Part shown: one piece after another, positions 1 through 9,497 of the stretch | Position numbering within the stretch: position 1 is the stretch's first letter | How the letters are laid out: the number at the start of each line of letters is the position of its first letter | Source of the DNA: Candidatus Gottesmanbacteria bacterium RIFCSPHIGHO2_01_FULL_46_14 | GTDB taxonomy: Bacteria > Patescibacteriota > Microgenomatia > UBA10105 > UBA927 | NCBI GenBank assembly: GCA_001780895.1 | Contig: MFJJ01000033.1 | Span: 1 to 44,038 of the forward strand | Reading direction: 5' to 3' | DNA length: 44,038 bases | Translations under genes and position numbers: made by a program | Notes under the pieces: generated by a model | Databases searched by the model: none | Told to the model about the DNA's origin: nothing | What the model saw: only the letters and a program-made list of their open reading frames with translations

Positions 1-1157
1 CAACACGCATTCCCGGGTTGCTATTATCTTGTCCCAGTCAGAGGGCAATGCCTTGGTATTGCCAATATCTGCAAAACGACGAAACCGTTCGTCAAATCAC
101 ATCATACGCATCAGTTTCGTCGAGAAATCTCGCAATTTCCACTGTGCTATTTGTCACTACGGTTCTCTCGTTTTTCTACTTTCGACTGAACAGACGAATT
201 TTTTTTATCTCAGTTACCGGCCTTATGATTCTCTGGGTGAGTTACTATGCCAATAAACTACTTTACTTTTCCGATAGAGCAAACGAGTATCCGGCGATTC
301 CGGTTATTACCAGGCTAAAAGAACTCGCTGGTATAGACCGTGTCTGGAGTTATGGAGATGCACACATCATACGGAATATTCCTTCCGAATTTGGTCTATA
401 CTCCCCAGAGGGTTATGAAGCGCTCTTTTCACACCGCTACAATATGCTTCTTAATACTATTAGAACGAGGGGAGCGTTGTCATCTGATATTGCCCGTACC
501 GATGCAACGCTTTCCGAAACAGGACAGTTTGAGATCATGCCAAGCCATCCCTGGAGGCAGAGACTGCTGTCGCTTTTAGGAGTTAAGTATATATTGGAAT
601 ACAAAGGCAACAGTAACCCGGACCGTCCGGCAAGTGAACGATTTCCATCGAAAGTTTATTCTATATCCTGGGAAGATGATACCTGGAGAATTTGGGAATA
701 CAAAAAAGTGCTCCCAAGGGCATTTTTTGTGACTCATTATATCGTTGAGAACGATGATCAGAAAATTATTGACGCGCTCTACAGTCCCTCAGTCGACCTT
801 AGAAAAACGGTGGTTCTCGAGGAAACACCGCCTGGCTTTGCGGGTAATGTAGCAGACGATGCAACTGTTTCCATCACGAACTATGAACCGGAAAAGGTTG
901 AGCTGTCTGTTGAAGCTCAACGTGATGGGCTCGTATTTCTCTCCGATACGTATGATCCTGGATGGAAAGCGATGGTCGATGGGAAGGAAACAAAAATTTT
1001 CCGCGCAAACTTTACTTTCCGCGCCGTCGTTGTGCCGCGGGGTTCTCACCAGATACTGTTTACTTACGATCCACTCTCGTTTCGGATTGGTCTATGGACA
1101 AGCATTGTTTCGGTCATTATAGTTTGTATTGTAATAATCCGTAAGCATGAAGCGTAA
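1..1157 (+). CDS. YfhO-family membrane protein (putative GT-C glycosyltransferase), C-terminal part; 5' end outside window
   Basis: Frame is open from the window edge. It has GLYSPEGY and LLSLLGVKYI, an LPRAF motif, LSDTYDPGWKAMVDG...RANFTFRAVVVPRG.H.I.F.Y.P, and a terminal TM helix. It is paralogous to 7359..9497. Confidence 0.8.
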   Translation, partial: TRIPGLLLSCPSQRAMPWYCQYLQNDETVRQITSYASVSSRNLAISTVLFVTTVLSFFYFRLNRRIFFISVTGLMILWVSYYANKLLYFSDRANEYPAIPVITRLKELAGIDRVWSYGDAHIIRNIPSEFGLYSPEGYEALFSHRYNMLLNTIRTRGALSSDIARTDATLSETGQFEIMPSHPWRQRLLSLLGVKYILEYKGNSNPDRPASERFPSKVYSISWEDDTWRIWEYKKVLPRAFFVTHYIVENDDQKIIDALYSPSVDLRKTVVLEETPPGFAGNVADDATVSITNYEPEKVELSVEAQRDGLVFLSDTYDPGWKAMVDGKETKIFRANFTFRAVVVPRGSHQILFTYDPLSFRIGLWTSIVSVIIVCIVIIRKHEA

Positions 1158-2760
1158 TCTGTTGCTTGTCCTGATCGTTTTTGTTGGATTGTTTTTGCGA
1201 CTTTACAACCTGTCTGAGATTCCTGTTGGCCTTCATGGTGATGAGGTAAGCATAGGCTATAATGCGTATTCGCTTCTTAAAACCGCCCGGGACCAGGATG
1301 GTAATTTCCTCCCGCTTTCATTTGATCAGTTCGGAAATTTCAGAGCTCCGGGCTACGAGTATATAGATATTCCCTTTGTGGCCATTTTAGGGCTCAACGC
1401 ATTGGCTGTACGATTGCCTGCCGCGATTTTCGGATCATTAACAGTTTTAATTTTTTACTATTTTTTGCTTGAATTTTTTGGAAAAAAATCAAGTGCATTG
1501 CTGGGATCGTTTCTTCTGGCAATCTTGCCATGGCATATTAATATCTCGCGTGCAAGCTCTGAAGCGGTAATCGCCTCGTTTTTTGTAATTTTTGGCATAT
1601 ACCTTGTTTATAGGGATAAGTATATTTGGGGTTTTGCTTCGTTTCTCATAAGTTTTTTCTTTTATCATGCCGCAGGACCTTTTGTTTTGGTATTTTTACC
1701 CTTTCTGTTTGTATTATCAAAACGTAATCGTTGGAGATCTTGGATCGTTTATGCGGTACTCATTATTGGATTTGTGGTTTTTTTGACAGCTGGAAGCGGA
1801 AAGGGGCGCGTATCGCAAGTCAGTCTCCTCAATATTCCGGGAGGAACACGGGATCTCATTCAGTCAATGGACGAAGATGGATCTCAAAACCCGCTGCTTA
1901 CTCGCTTTTATCATAATAAACTTTATTTTTACGGCAGATTATTTACGACATTCTTCTCTCAACATATTTCACCGGATTTTTTGTTTGTTAATAACGGTAA
2001 ACCGGAACGGTATCGATTATATTGGGTAGGCAATTTATATTTTATTGAGGCGCCATTTCTTGTCTTTGGGTTTGCCGTGTTGCTGGTCGAAGGAATAAAA
2101 AAGAAAAAGTATCCTTGGTTACTGCCGCTTGTATGGCTTATCGCTGGTATTGTCCCGGCAGCGCTTACCTGGGAAGATATCCCAAACGTATTGCGCGCTA
2201 ACCTCATGATTCCGGCGCTTGTCATGATCATAGCATTTGGATTCTTTGAAGCATTAACACTGACGAGAGGATTCGTAAAAACCCTCTTTATCGGCATCTG
2301 TGCGTTTCTGCTTTTCCAAAATACTTCCGTATTTTTGCACAACTATTTTTACCATTCCAAAATCCATGAACCCTGGTTTCGGAGTGCGAGCGAGGAAGAT
2401 GTTGTGTTTACGGCGGATGAGTTATCCAGGCAATATCAGGAAGTAGTGATGAGCACTGAAAGAAATAATAATCTCATATTTCACCTTTTTTATCTTAAGT
2501 TTGACCCACTAGAGTTTCAACGCTTGGGTTCACCCAAAGAAGAGGATGGTCTCAGATTTAGCAAGCTCGTTTTTCGCTACGGACCGTGCCCCATTGAGCA
2601 GTTTAAGCTTGAAAGTGAAGAGCGCTTATTAAAAGCCGTTTTTATTGTTAAATCAAGCGAATGCGAGATTAATCCCCTCAAGTGGGAGACAATCAAAACG
2701 ATTTCGACTCCGGACGGTCTTCCTGCATTTTACGTTGTTCGTCGATTATCACAAGTTTGA
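1147..2760 (+). CDS. GT-C glycosyltransferase, ArnT/PMT_2-like (GT83/GT39-like), GYNAYS subfamily
   Basis: TM1 followed by LHGDEVSIGYNAYSLLKTARD; AVRLPAA; PWHINISR; many TM helices; soluble C-terminal domain with a Cys pair. Confidence 0.85.
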   Translation: MKRNLLLVLIVFVGLFLRLYNLSEIPVGLHGDEVSIGYNAYSLLKTARDQDGNFLPLSFDQFGNFRAPGYEYIDIPFVAILGLNALAVRLPAAIFGSLTVLIFYYFLLEFFGKKSSALLGSFLLAILPWHINISRASSEAVIASFFVIFGIYLVYRDKYIWGFASFLISFFFYHAAGPFVLVFLPFLFVLSKRNRWRSWIVYAVLIIGFVVFLTAGSGKGRVSQVSLLNIPGGTRDLIQSMDEDGSQNPLLTRFYHNKLYFYGRLFTTFFSQHISPDFLFVNNGKPERYRLYWVGNLYFIEAPFLVFGFAVLLVEGIKKKKYPWLLPLVWLIAGIVPAALTWEDIPNVLRANLMIPALVMIIAFGFFEALTLTRGFVKTLFIGICAFLLFQNTSVFLHNYFYHSKIHEPWFRSASEEDVVFTADELSRQYQEVVMSTERNNNLIFHLFYLKFDPLEFQRLGSPKEEDGLRFSKLVFRYGPCPIEQFKLESEERLLKAVFIVKSSECEINPLKWETIKTISTPDGLPAFYVVRRLSQV

Positions 2761-4312
2761 ACACGGCAGAACTATCTCCTCGTTTGACTGTCGAGAGGGT
2801 AATAGCGCCTGGTACATCTTCACAGGTTCCAAAGTTGGCATAGAGCGTGCCTGGACTGCCGGTGATTGTTTGTATACCGTCTTTTTTTACTAGTCGGATC
2901 GGGCATTCTTCGGTAGTAAAGACATAGTTATCAAACGATGTCCTGTCGCGATCATCACCGGGAAGTTCACGCGTTTCGGCAATAAATTTAGCCGGATCGT
3001 ACTTGTTGTAAAAGAGGAAAAAAACTGTGGGAGCCGTTTCTCGGTTGGTAATAACGAAGCTGGTAAATTGATTTTTCCGTTTCTGTACTTGCGCAACTAA
3101 CTCTTTATATCCCTCATGACGATACAAGGTACGATGAACTGGTAGATGGATATAGTAAGCATGAAGAAAAGCTATAAGGCTCACACAATAGCTTATTGTC
3201 ACGAAGTTTCGGAACTTCAATATTTTTTCTAAACCGATGGCGGCAATGATTGAAAGGGCGGGAAATGCCAATAGCGTCCGCTGAAGGTTTGGAACATCGT
3301 CAAAAGCCAAGCTGCTTCCGACGGGCGCGATGAGTATCCACCCGAGTAAAAGTTTTGATTCCCACGATCTCTTGTTGATAAGTGTGACAGCGCCGATTAT
3401 AAGTAGTGGAAGTTCAATAAGATAAATGAGTGGAGCACCGGGGATGCGGTAGCGTTCAGGAAGACCTTTATCGGTAAATAAAAACGCATATGAAAAATGC
3501 GAGAAGTAATTTTCTAAGAACTGCCCGGCAAATCCCAGTGGTTTGTTATGGAATATACGAGAGAAAATCGGTTTTACGCCACGAACACCATCCTCACGGA
3601 TCGCTTCTTCGGCGGTAAGCTGCACATTGCCGCTGGCTGGGATTCCAACGGTACGAAGTCGTAAGGATAATGCTGGCGAAGCGAGTATAAACGCGATTGG
3701 CAGGATAATGAAGATAAGAAAACGCACAATGTTTGTTCGAATATGCGATTTAGCTCCCAGGAAGATAAGAAGCGGGACAAAGAACGGCAAGAACGCTCGT
3801 GGTGCTTGATACAGGAGCATTGAAATACTAAAAGACATAAATGCAAGAATAAAACGCTTGCGCAAGAAGAGGAGACAGCCGACTGTAATAAGGAAAACGA
3901 CTACAACGTTTTCAATTGCGGTCCTCGAGAGATTAATATGCCAGGGAGAGATAGCAAGAAGAAAAGATGAGATAAGCGCCAATCGGTAGGATTTGAATAG
4001 TTCGAAGACAAGAAAATACGTTACCAAGATAGTGGCGATGCCGAACACAGCCGACGGAAGGCGGACCGAAAATTCATTAAGACCAAACATTGCGACAGGT
4101 GGAATCGCTAAGTACGAGTAGCCTGCAGGACTATTTATAAATGATCGCAAATGGAGAGGGAGGAAATTTCCATTCATGTCCCGGCCAGTCTTGAGGATCG
4201 AGTAGGCGTTATAGCCCAAGAATGCCTCATCTCGATGAAACCCAGCAGGAAGGGAGCCCAACAGGTATAATCGAAGTACAGTGGCCAAAAGCAATATAAG
4301 AAATAATTTCAC
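2693..4312 (-). CDS. GT-C glycosyltransferase, ArnT/PMT_2-like, GYNAYS subfamily
   Basis: FHRDEAFLGYNAYSILKTGRD, SVRLPSA, PWHINLSR. Start moved from 4480 to GTG 4312 (4315 also possible) because paralogs begin just before TM1 and TATAAT lies 7 nt upstream. Confidence 0.85.
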   Translation of the reverse strand: MKLFLILLLATVLRLYLLGSLPAGFHRDEAFLGYNAYSILKTGRDMNGNFLPLHLRSFINSPAGYSYLAIPPVAMFGLNEFSVRLPSAVFGIATILVTYFLVFELFKSYRLALISSFLLAISPWHINLSRTAIENVVVVFLITVGCLLFLRKRFILAFMSFSISMLLYQAPRAFLPFFVPLLIFLGAKSHIRTNIVRFLIFIILPIAFILASPALSLRLRTVGIPASGNVQLTAEEAIREDGVRGVKPIFSRIFHNKPLGFAGQFLENYFSHFSYAFLFTDKGLPERYRIPGAPLIYLIELPLLIIGAVTLINKRSWESKLLLGWILIAPVGSSLAFDDVPNLQRTLLAFPALSIIAAIGLEKILKFRNFVTISYCVSLIAFLHAYYIHLPVHRTLYRHEGYKELVAQVQKRKNQFTSFVITNRETAPTVFFLFYNKYDPAKFIAETRELPGDDRDRTSFDNYVFTTEECPIRLVKKDGIQTITGSPGTLYANFGTCEDVPGAITLSTVKRGDSSAVFKLVIIDEQRKMQEDRPESKSF

Positions 4313-4325
4313 CACTCTTATTATA
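4266..4325. promoter_or_regulatory. Pair of putative -10 boxes for overlapping divergent genes
   Basis: Plus-strand TATAAT at 4266-4271 is 9 nt before GTG 4281. Minus-strand TATAAT at 4325-4320 is 7 nt before GTG 4312. Confidence 0.55.
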
Positions 4326-5795
4326 GTCTTTCTTGTAGCTATTAATATCTTCCTTTCCTCTTGGAGTGTCCTCCACGGTGACATTAATTTCATTTCGGAT
4401 GTTGCCCGCGATATGTTTTTGCTTGATGAAATACGACAAAAAACATTCGTTCTCATCGGGCCCAGAGCAAGCGGACTCATGTTTCATGGGCCGCTTTGGT
4501 CGTACCTCAACTATCCCGGATTTGTTATTGGCGGCGGTAATCCTGTTTTCGTAGGTTGGTACTGGATATTTCTCATCATTGTATTTCTGGTAGCCGGTTA
4601 TGTCATCGCCAAGCGTTTGTTTAATAAAATTACAGCGACGCTGTTTGTACTCATGGCGTCCTTGTACCTGGCGTTTCATGCAAATTCGCTGTCAAATCCA
4701 AACGGAGGCATGTTTGCCATTCCGTTCTTTTTCTTTTTTTTCATTCGATACATACAAACTTTAAGAATCCGATTTCTCATTTTTCATATAGTGACGGCCG
4801 CAGCAATGGTTCAGTTCCAGATTGCTATGGGAGTGCCCTTTCTTTTTCTCTCTGTTCTGTTTACAACAGTGTTTGTCATAAAAAAACGAAAAGCAAACCA
4901 TATTTTGGCATATGCGCTTGTTCCTCTGTTGCTTGGTAATTTTATTGTGTTTGACATAAGGCATGAATTTCTCATTGCAAAAAATGCATTTCGTCATCTG
5001 GGGACTATTGATTCAAACGTGACCATGTGGGACCTTGTTGTTGATCGCGCGAGGAATATTCTGACCGGAATGGAATTTTTGCGATTTGGGCCACCGAATG
5101 GCCAAACGTACGCAATTATCATATTTTTTGTTTTTATAACTATCCAAATTAAAAACAATATTCATCGCGGTATTTATCTTGTATTTCTCTATTTTTTCTT
5201 TGGGTTTTTCGTCTTGAGCCTTGCAAACAGATTTCCGCTTCTTTCCTTTTACGTTTTTCCGCTCCACCCATTTGTGTTTCTCATGTTTGCTTCTTTTATT
5301 ACGTCTCCTCATAAACGGGTGTTTGTCTGTATTTTTACGGTTATATATGTCCTCAATCTCGTTGGTATCTACAACTACATAAATGATTTGAATCATTTTA
5401 TTGGGAAGAATCAGTATTCATGGAAAGCAGTTTTTACTGCCGCAAGCACTATCTACCAAGACGACGAGAAAGAATTTGGGTATTTTATCTATTCCCCGGA
5501 TATTTTAGGATATGGTCCGCGATATGCTATGGAGTATGCAAAAAAAGTCTATGACAAAAACGGATTTGGATATCAGAAAAAACCGATTACATACCTGTTG
5601 ATTGAACCACCGGCTCGAGACAACCCTTTCACTTCAGAGGAGAAGTGGAAGCTCTACCAAATACATATCTATTCAACTCCCGTTATGGTAAAAACGTTTG
5701 ATAACGGATACAAAGTAGAAAAGCACCTCCTAAATGCCGGAGAAATAGTAGTTCCATTTGATCCGGGAATTAACCCCGGTCTTCATTATAGATAA
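4281..5795 (+). CDS. GT-C glycosyltransferase-like membrane protein, DxxRD/LIGP subfamily
   Basis: TM1 then FISDVARD...LIGPRASG..FHGPLWSY, FDIRHEF, polytopic, C-terminal TYLLIEP shared with 19305..20696. Confidence 0.75.
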   Translation: MAKSNIRNNFTTLIIVFLVAINIFLSSWSVLHGDINFISDVARDMFLLDEIRQKTFVLIGPRASGLMFHGPLWSYLNYPGFVIGGGNPVFVGWYWIFLIIVFLVAGYVIAKRLFNKITATLFVLMASLYLAFHANSLSNPNGGMFAIPFFFFFFIRYIQTLRIRFLIFHIVTAAAMVQFQIAMGVPFLFLSVLFTTVFVIKKRKANHILAYALVPLLLGNFIVFDIRHEFLIAKNAFRHLGTIDSNVTMWDLVVDRARNILTGMEFLRFGPPNGQTYAIIIFFVFITIQIKNNIHRGIYLVFLYFFFGFFVLSLANRFPLLSFYVFPLHPFVFLMFASFITSPHKRVFVCIFTVIYVLNLVGIYNYINDLNHFIGKNQYSWKAVFTAASTIYQDDEKEFGYFIYSPDILGYGPRYAMEYAKKVYDKNGFGYQKKPITYLLIEPPARDNPFTSEEKWKLYQIHIYSTPVMVKTFDNGYKVEKHLLNAGEIVVPFDPGINPGLHYR

Positions 5796-7372
5796 GAAGG
5801 AATCACGCCAAATTGTGCTACGCGAAGCATACGCGATTTATACTGATCAGGAATTCTTTCCGGGTAATCTACGAGAAGCGCATTCGGATAAAAAATATCC
5901 CGCTCCCAGTCTATCTGTCTGAATTGATAGCGACCAAACACACGGACGTGACAGAAGCCGTCGGGCGTGGGATCGTACCGTTCGACTTTTTTCTGAAAGA
6001 GCGCTGGGTTTTCTTTTCCGTAAAAAGCAAGAAAAATATACGGTGACGTTTCGGGATTGGCTATGATGATCGTTTTTGGTTGTTGTAGAGGAAGGTTAAT
6101 ATAGTGTAACAATTCTTTATATCCCACTCCCCACGCTGCTACCTCTGTTTTTGGAAAATGAACATAGTATCGATCGAGATAGAGAGCGATGTTGATTGAG
6201 TACAGGAACACTATAAGGATTAGGACAGTTCGTCGACGAAGAAGAATTTCTAATCCCATTGCGACAACGATGGGAAGAGCTGGGAAAATTGCGAACATTC
6301 GATTTGTATGCGGCGCATCTTTTGTGATACTTGCTGCGATGGGAGAAATCGCGATCCACCACAAGAGAAAAAGGTAGGATCGTTTTTTTCTGTTTATAAG
6401 ACATACAAAAAGTCCGATCAGGAGAAATGGTGCTTCGACGAGATACATGTTGCCGAAGTTTGGAATGTTGTGCGCTCCGTTTGTGCCCCCTGATATAAAG
6501 AGAAACTGTGGTGAAAAGGACCTGATGTAATTATCGGAAATTGTTTCTATCGAGTAAAAAAGACGGTTATGGAAAACAACGGCCAATAGCCCGGGAGTGG
6601 AATGTTCGGATCGGGGTAGTTCAATGCGCTCGTGAACAACAAACGGGTCTCCGAGCAGCCCAATGCCGGACAATTTCGTTGTGTCAGCCCCCAGCAGTGT
6701 GTGATAGAGAATAAATCCAACGAGAACAATAAATAGAAGAGCACCCATTATGGAGAATTTAGTTTTGTTAATCTGGGACCAATAGAGAGCAACAAATCCG
6801 ACGATAAGGAGTGTTGTTGATATATGGTTTCCGTGATAGGTGTAATAGGTAAGCGCGAGCAACACGGCTGCCGGTATAACAAGAAATTGTTTGCGAAAAC
6901 TTTTAAAAAGCAGGAAGAATCCAGTCGCCGTTAGCAGGACGGCGACGTTCGACTCGGATTCAACCCGCGAGAGATGAAGATCCCATGGCGCTATGGCAAC
7001 GAGAAAAGTTGAAAGAAGGGCTAATCGTTCTGATTTAAAAAGCTCCCGTACCAGGTAAAACGTTACAAGTACGGTGAGTATTCCGGCGATCGCCGAAGGC
7101 AAACGCACAGCTACTTCCGTCATTCCCAACGTAGCGACGAAAGGGACAGTAATATAGATATAGAGAGGGAGTTTCCAGTCCCCAAACGATTGAAAAGAAA
7201 TGGGCAAAAACTTTCCGTACTCGTCGCGTCCGGTTTGAAGAAGGCTATATGCTGTAAATCCTATGCTTGCCTCATCGCGGTTTACTCCGGGGGGAACTTG
7301 ATCCAACCGAAAGAAGCGAAGAAAAAGAGCAAGAGCCGTGATTATCAGGAGAATAATGCTATTTCTTTTCAT
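5786..7372 (-). CDS. GT-C glycosyltransferase, ArnT/PMT_2-like, GYNAYS subfamily
   Basis: VNRDEASIGFTAYSLLQTGRDEYG...FGDWKLP, AVRLPSA, PWDLHLSR, APHTNR. Confidence 0.85.
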   Translation of the reverse strand: MKRNSIILLIITALALFLRFFRLDQVPPGVNRDEASIGFTAYSLLQTGRDEYGKFLPISFQSFGDWKLPLYIYITVPFVATLGMTEVAVRLPSAIAGILTVLVTFYLVRELFKSERLALLSTFLVAIAPWDLHLSRVESESNVAVLLTATGFFLLFKSFRKQFLVIPAAVLLALTYYTYHGNHISTTLLIVGFVALYWSQINKTKFSIMGALLFIVLVGFILYHTLLGADTTKLSGIGLLGDPFVVHERIELPRSEHSTPGLLAVVFHNRLFYSIETISDNYIRSFSPQFLFISGGTNGAHNIPNFGNMYLVEAPFLLIGLFVCLINRKKRSYLFLLWWIAISPIAASITKDAPHTNRMFAIFPALPIVVAMGLEILLRRRTVLILIVFLYSINIALYLDRYYVHFPKTEVAAWGVGYKELLHYINLPLQQPKTIIIANPETSPYIFLAFYGKENPALFQKKVERYDPTPDGFCHVRVFGRYQFRQIDWERDIFYPNALLVDYPERIPDQYKSRMLRVAQFGVIPSYL

Positions 7373-9497
7373 ATCTCCATAATAAGGCAGCCAGAGTCAG
7401 AATGGAAATGATCGTTATCATAATTCCTAATCGAACGGATTGTGGTTCGTAGGAAAACATTACTTCATGACTGCCGGCAGGAATGACGACCGCGCGCATT
7501 GTGTGATTGGCCCTCCGAACCTCGGTTTTTTTGCCGTCGATTCTGGCAATCCAGCCGGGATAGTAGGTATCGGAGAGTACGAGCGTATCTGGCGCATTCG
7601 TACTTACGGTAAGATCGACACGATTTGGTGTATATGAATCTATATGCACGATACCAGTACGCGATTCAAGTACCGCACGAGGTACTGCGTCTTTATTTTC
7701 ATATACGATCCAGCCGTCGCTATCATAAATCTTGGTCAAACTTGCAGGAGCTACTGTCTGATTTTCCACTCGGTCAAGGATGTATTTGACACCCAAGTTG
7801 TTAAGTAGGGTAAGCCGATCGGTGTTGTTGATCAAATCTCGTGACCCATAGCCTGGTGTAACCTGTGCGTCTGATCGAGACGTTTTACCTCCTTTACTTG
7901 ACGTTAAATATTCGCCGTACCATGCCGGATAGAGAGGATCATACCCTTCAGGAGAATAGAGTCCGAGTTGGGTAGCAAAATTTGCTTCGATTGCCGCTGT
8001 TCCGAATCCCCAAATTCGATTAGTCTCGGCCCTATCTTTGAGGAACGTGACGATAGCGGTTGTTGGATAGAAGAGATCAGCCGGAACAAAAGGATTGAAT
8101 TTTTGAAATGCATAGAAGAGATCGGCTGTATGAATAAATAAGAGTATGGTGAGGGCCAGTACCATATACTTTTTTTTGCCAACTCCGATAAAAAACAGTG
8201 CGAGCGCGGCGGCAGAAAAAATTGCTCCGTAAATCAGTGATCTTGTTCCATACCCCAGAAGTCTTGTCATGAGAAAACCCAGTCCCAAAAGAATGATGAC
8301 TAGGAGAGATCGCTTCATAAGCTTTTTTATGGTATGTGGTTCCCGTAAAAAGAGATCAAGGCCAATGCCTGTTAAAATCGCGAGACACAATTGAAAAAGA
8401 AATATAAAAAGCGTAGGACTACTAGTTCTCAACTGAGGAATCCGGTAGAGGAGAATGGTGAGCGGGTTTTTTGTTGCCAGTAGGAGAATAACGCCAGCGG
8501 TGATCATAAATATATGTTTTAATTTATTTTTAGATCGGAGAATGGCCGGAAGGAAAAATAAAGGTACGAGTCCGATCGAGAGCACTTTTCCGATATAAGT
8601 GTCAGTGAGTATATAGTTGCGTGTTGCCGGGTTTCCAAAAAAGTCAGGAAAAACCAGCATGATAAGTTGTTGAGGTTGGATAAGGACATTGTTCACAAAA
8701 AACTCGTATGGATGCGCGTTTCGAGCAGAGTTAAGCGCCAGTTCGATGCCCGGAATAAGTTGAACAGCACTAATGCCAAGAGGAATCAGAATGACTGAAA
8801 TTTGTAGTCGACCGGTTCTAACTCTGAGGTATATGAGGGAAAATAAGTAGACCATTGTTGCAATCTGTGGATGTCCTGCAAAAAAAGGGAGAGACAGAGA
8901 AAGAATGAGTATAAGAGTCCAGCGATTTTCAATGGCTAAAAGTGCTAAGGGCAACCATACTATGACGTGGCCGATCGTATTATACTCAAGCCAGACAGTC
9001 ATGAATGAGCCATAGGAAAAGCTTATGGAAGCAAGAGCCGAGGCCATTGGGTGAAGACCGATTTTCCGGCAATACCAGTAGGAGAAAAAACTCGATAACG
9101 CCGGCTGCAAGAATACGAGAATGCTCCATGCCAGTGGCTGCGAAAAAAGAAAATAGAGTAGCGAAAGGGGGTAGAGTGCCGAGGACTGGAAGTTTGCCAG
9201 CAGCGGCGCGCCAGAAAAATTATGAGGATTCCACAAAGGAAGATTTCCAGATTTGAGTTGTTCGATGACTTGTGTTTTCCATGGATAGAGTTGCTTGAAG
9301 GTGTCCGGATACTGCGCTTTGTTGGGGTAACTTCCTGGATTGTATCCGAGGATTGAATATGAGCGCCACGGCTTGTATTCAGCAATGAGGAGGTCTCCGG
9401 GGAAGGGAAGTTGACCCAAAAGAAAAAACTTATAAAAAAATACTCCGGCAACGAGAGTGCTCGTGATTAATGATAGAAATATTTCTTTTTTACCCAT
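7359..9497 (-). CDS. YfhO-family membrane protein (putative GT-C glycosyltransferase)
   Basis: D...QLYPWK, G.LPLWNPHNFSGAPLLANFQSSALYP, AGHPQ, GYDPL, LGVKYI, LSDTYYPGW...RANHTMRAV.IPAG.H, terminal TM helix. Confidence 0.85.
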   Translation of the reverse strand: MGKKEIFLSLITSTLVAGVFFYKFFLLGQLPFPGDLLIAEYKPWRSYSILGYNPGSYPNKAQYPDTFKQLYPWKTQVIEQLKSGNLPLWNPHNFSGAPLLANFQSSALYPLSLLYFLFSQPLAWSILVFLQPALSSFFSYWYCRKIGLHPMASALASISFSYGSFMTVWLEYNTIGHVIVWLPLALLAIENRWTLILILSLSLPFFAGHPQIATMVYLFSLIYLRVRTGRLQISVILIPLGISAVQLIPGIELALNSARNAHPYEFFVNNVLIQPQQLIMLVFPDFFGNPATRNYILTDTYIGKVLSIGLVPLFFLPAILRSKNKLKHIFMITAGVILLLATKNPLTILLYRIPQLRTSSPTLFIFLFQLCLAILTGIGLDLFLREPHTIKKLMKRSLLVIILLGLGFLMTRLLGYGTRSLIYGAIFSAAALALFFIGVGKKKYMVLALTILLFIHTADLFYAFQKFNPFVPADLFYPTTAIVTFLKDRAETNRIWGFGTAAIEANFATQLGLYSPEGYDPLYPAWYGEYLTSSKGGKTSRSDAQVTPGYGSRDLINNTDRLTLLNNLGVKYILDRVENQTVAPASLTKIYDSDGWIVYENKDAVPRAVLESRTGIVHIDSYTPNRVDLTVSTNAPDTLVLSDTYYPGWIARIDGKKTEVRRANHTMRAVVIPAGSHEVMFSYEPQSVRLGIMITIISILTLAALLWRYEKK

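Noticed and set aside
4313-4480. 56-codon N-terminal extension of the minus-strand GT-C in the ORF track
   Set aside because: It is antisense to the TM1 and catalytic loop of the 4281 gene and is absent from all five paralogs.
5762-5780. CCGGG-aattaac-CCCGG hairpin near a convergent junction
   Set aside because: Only a 5-bp stem with no U-tract; explained by the PGINPG codons, so too weak to call a terminator.
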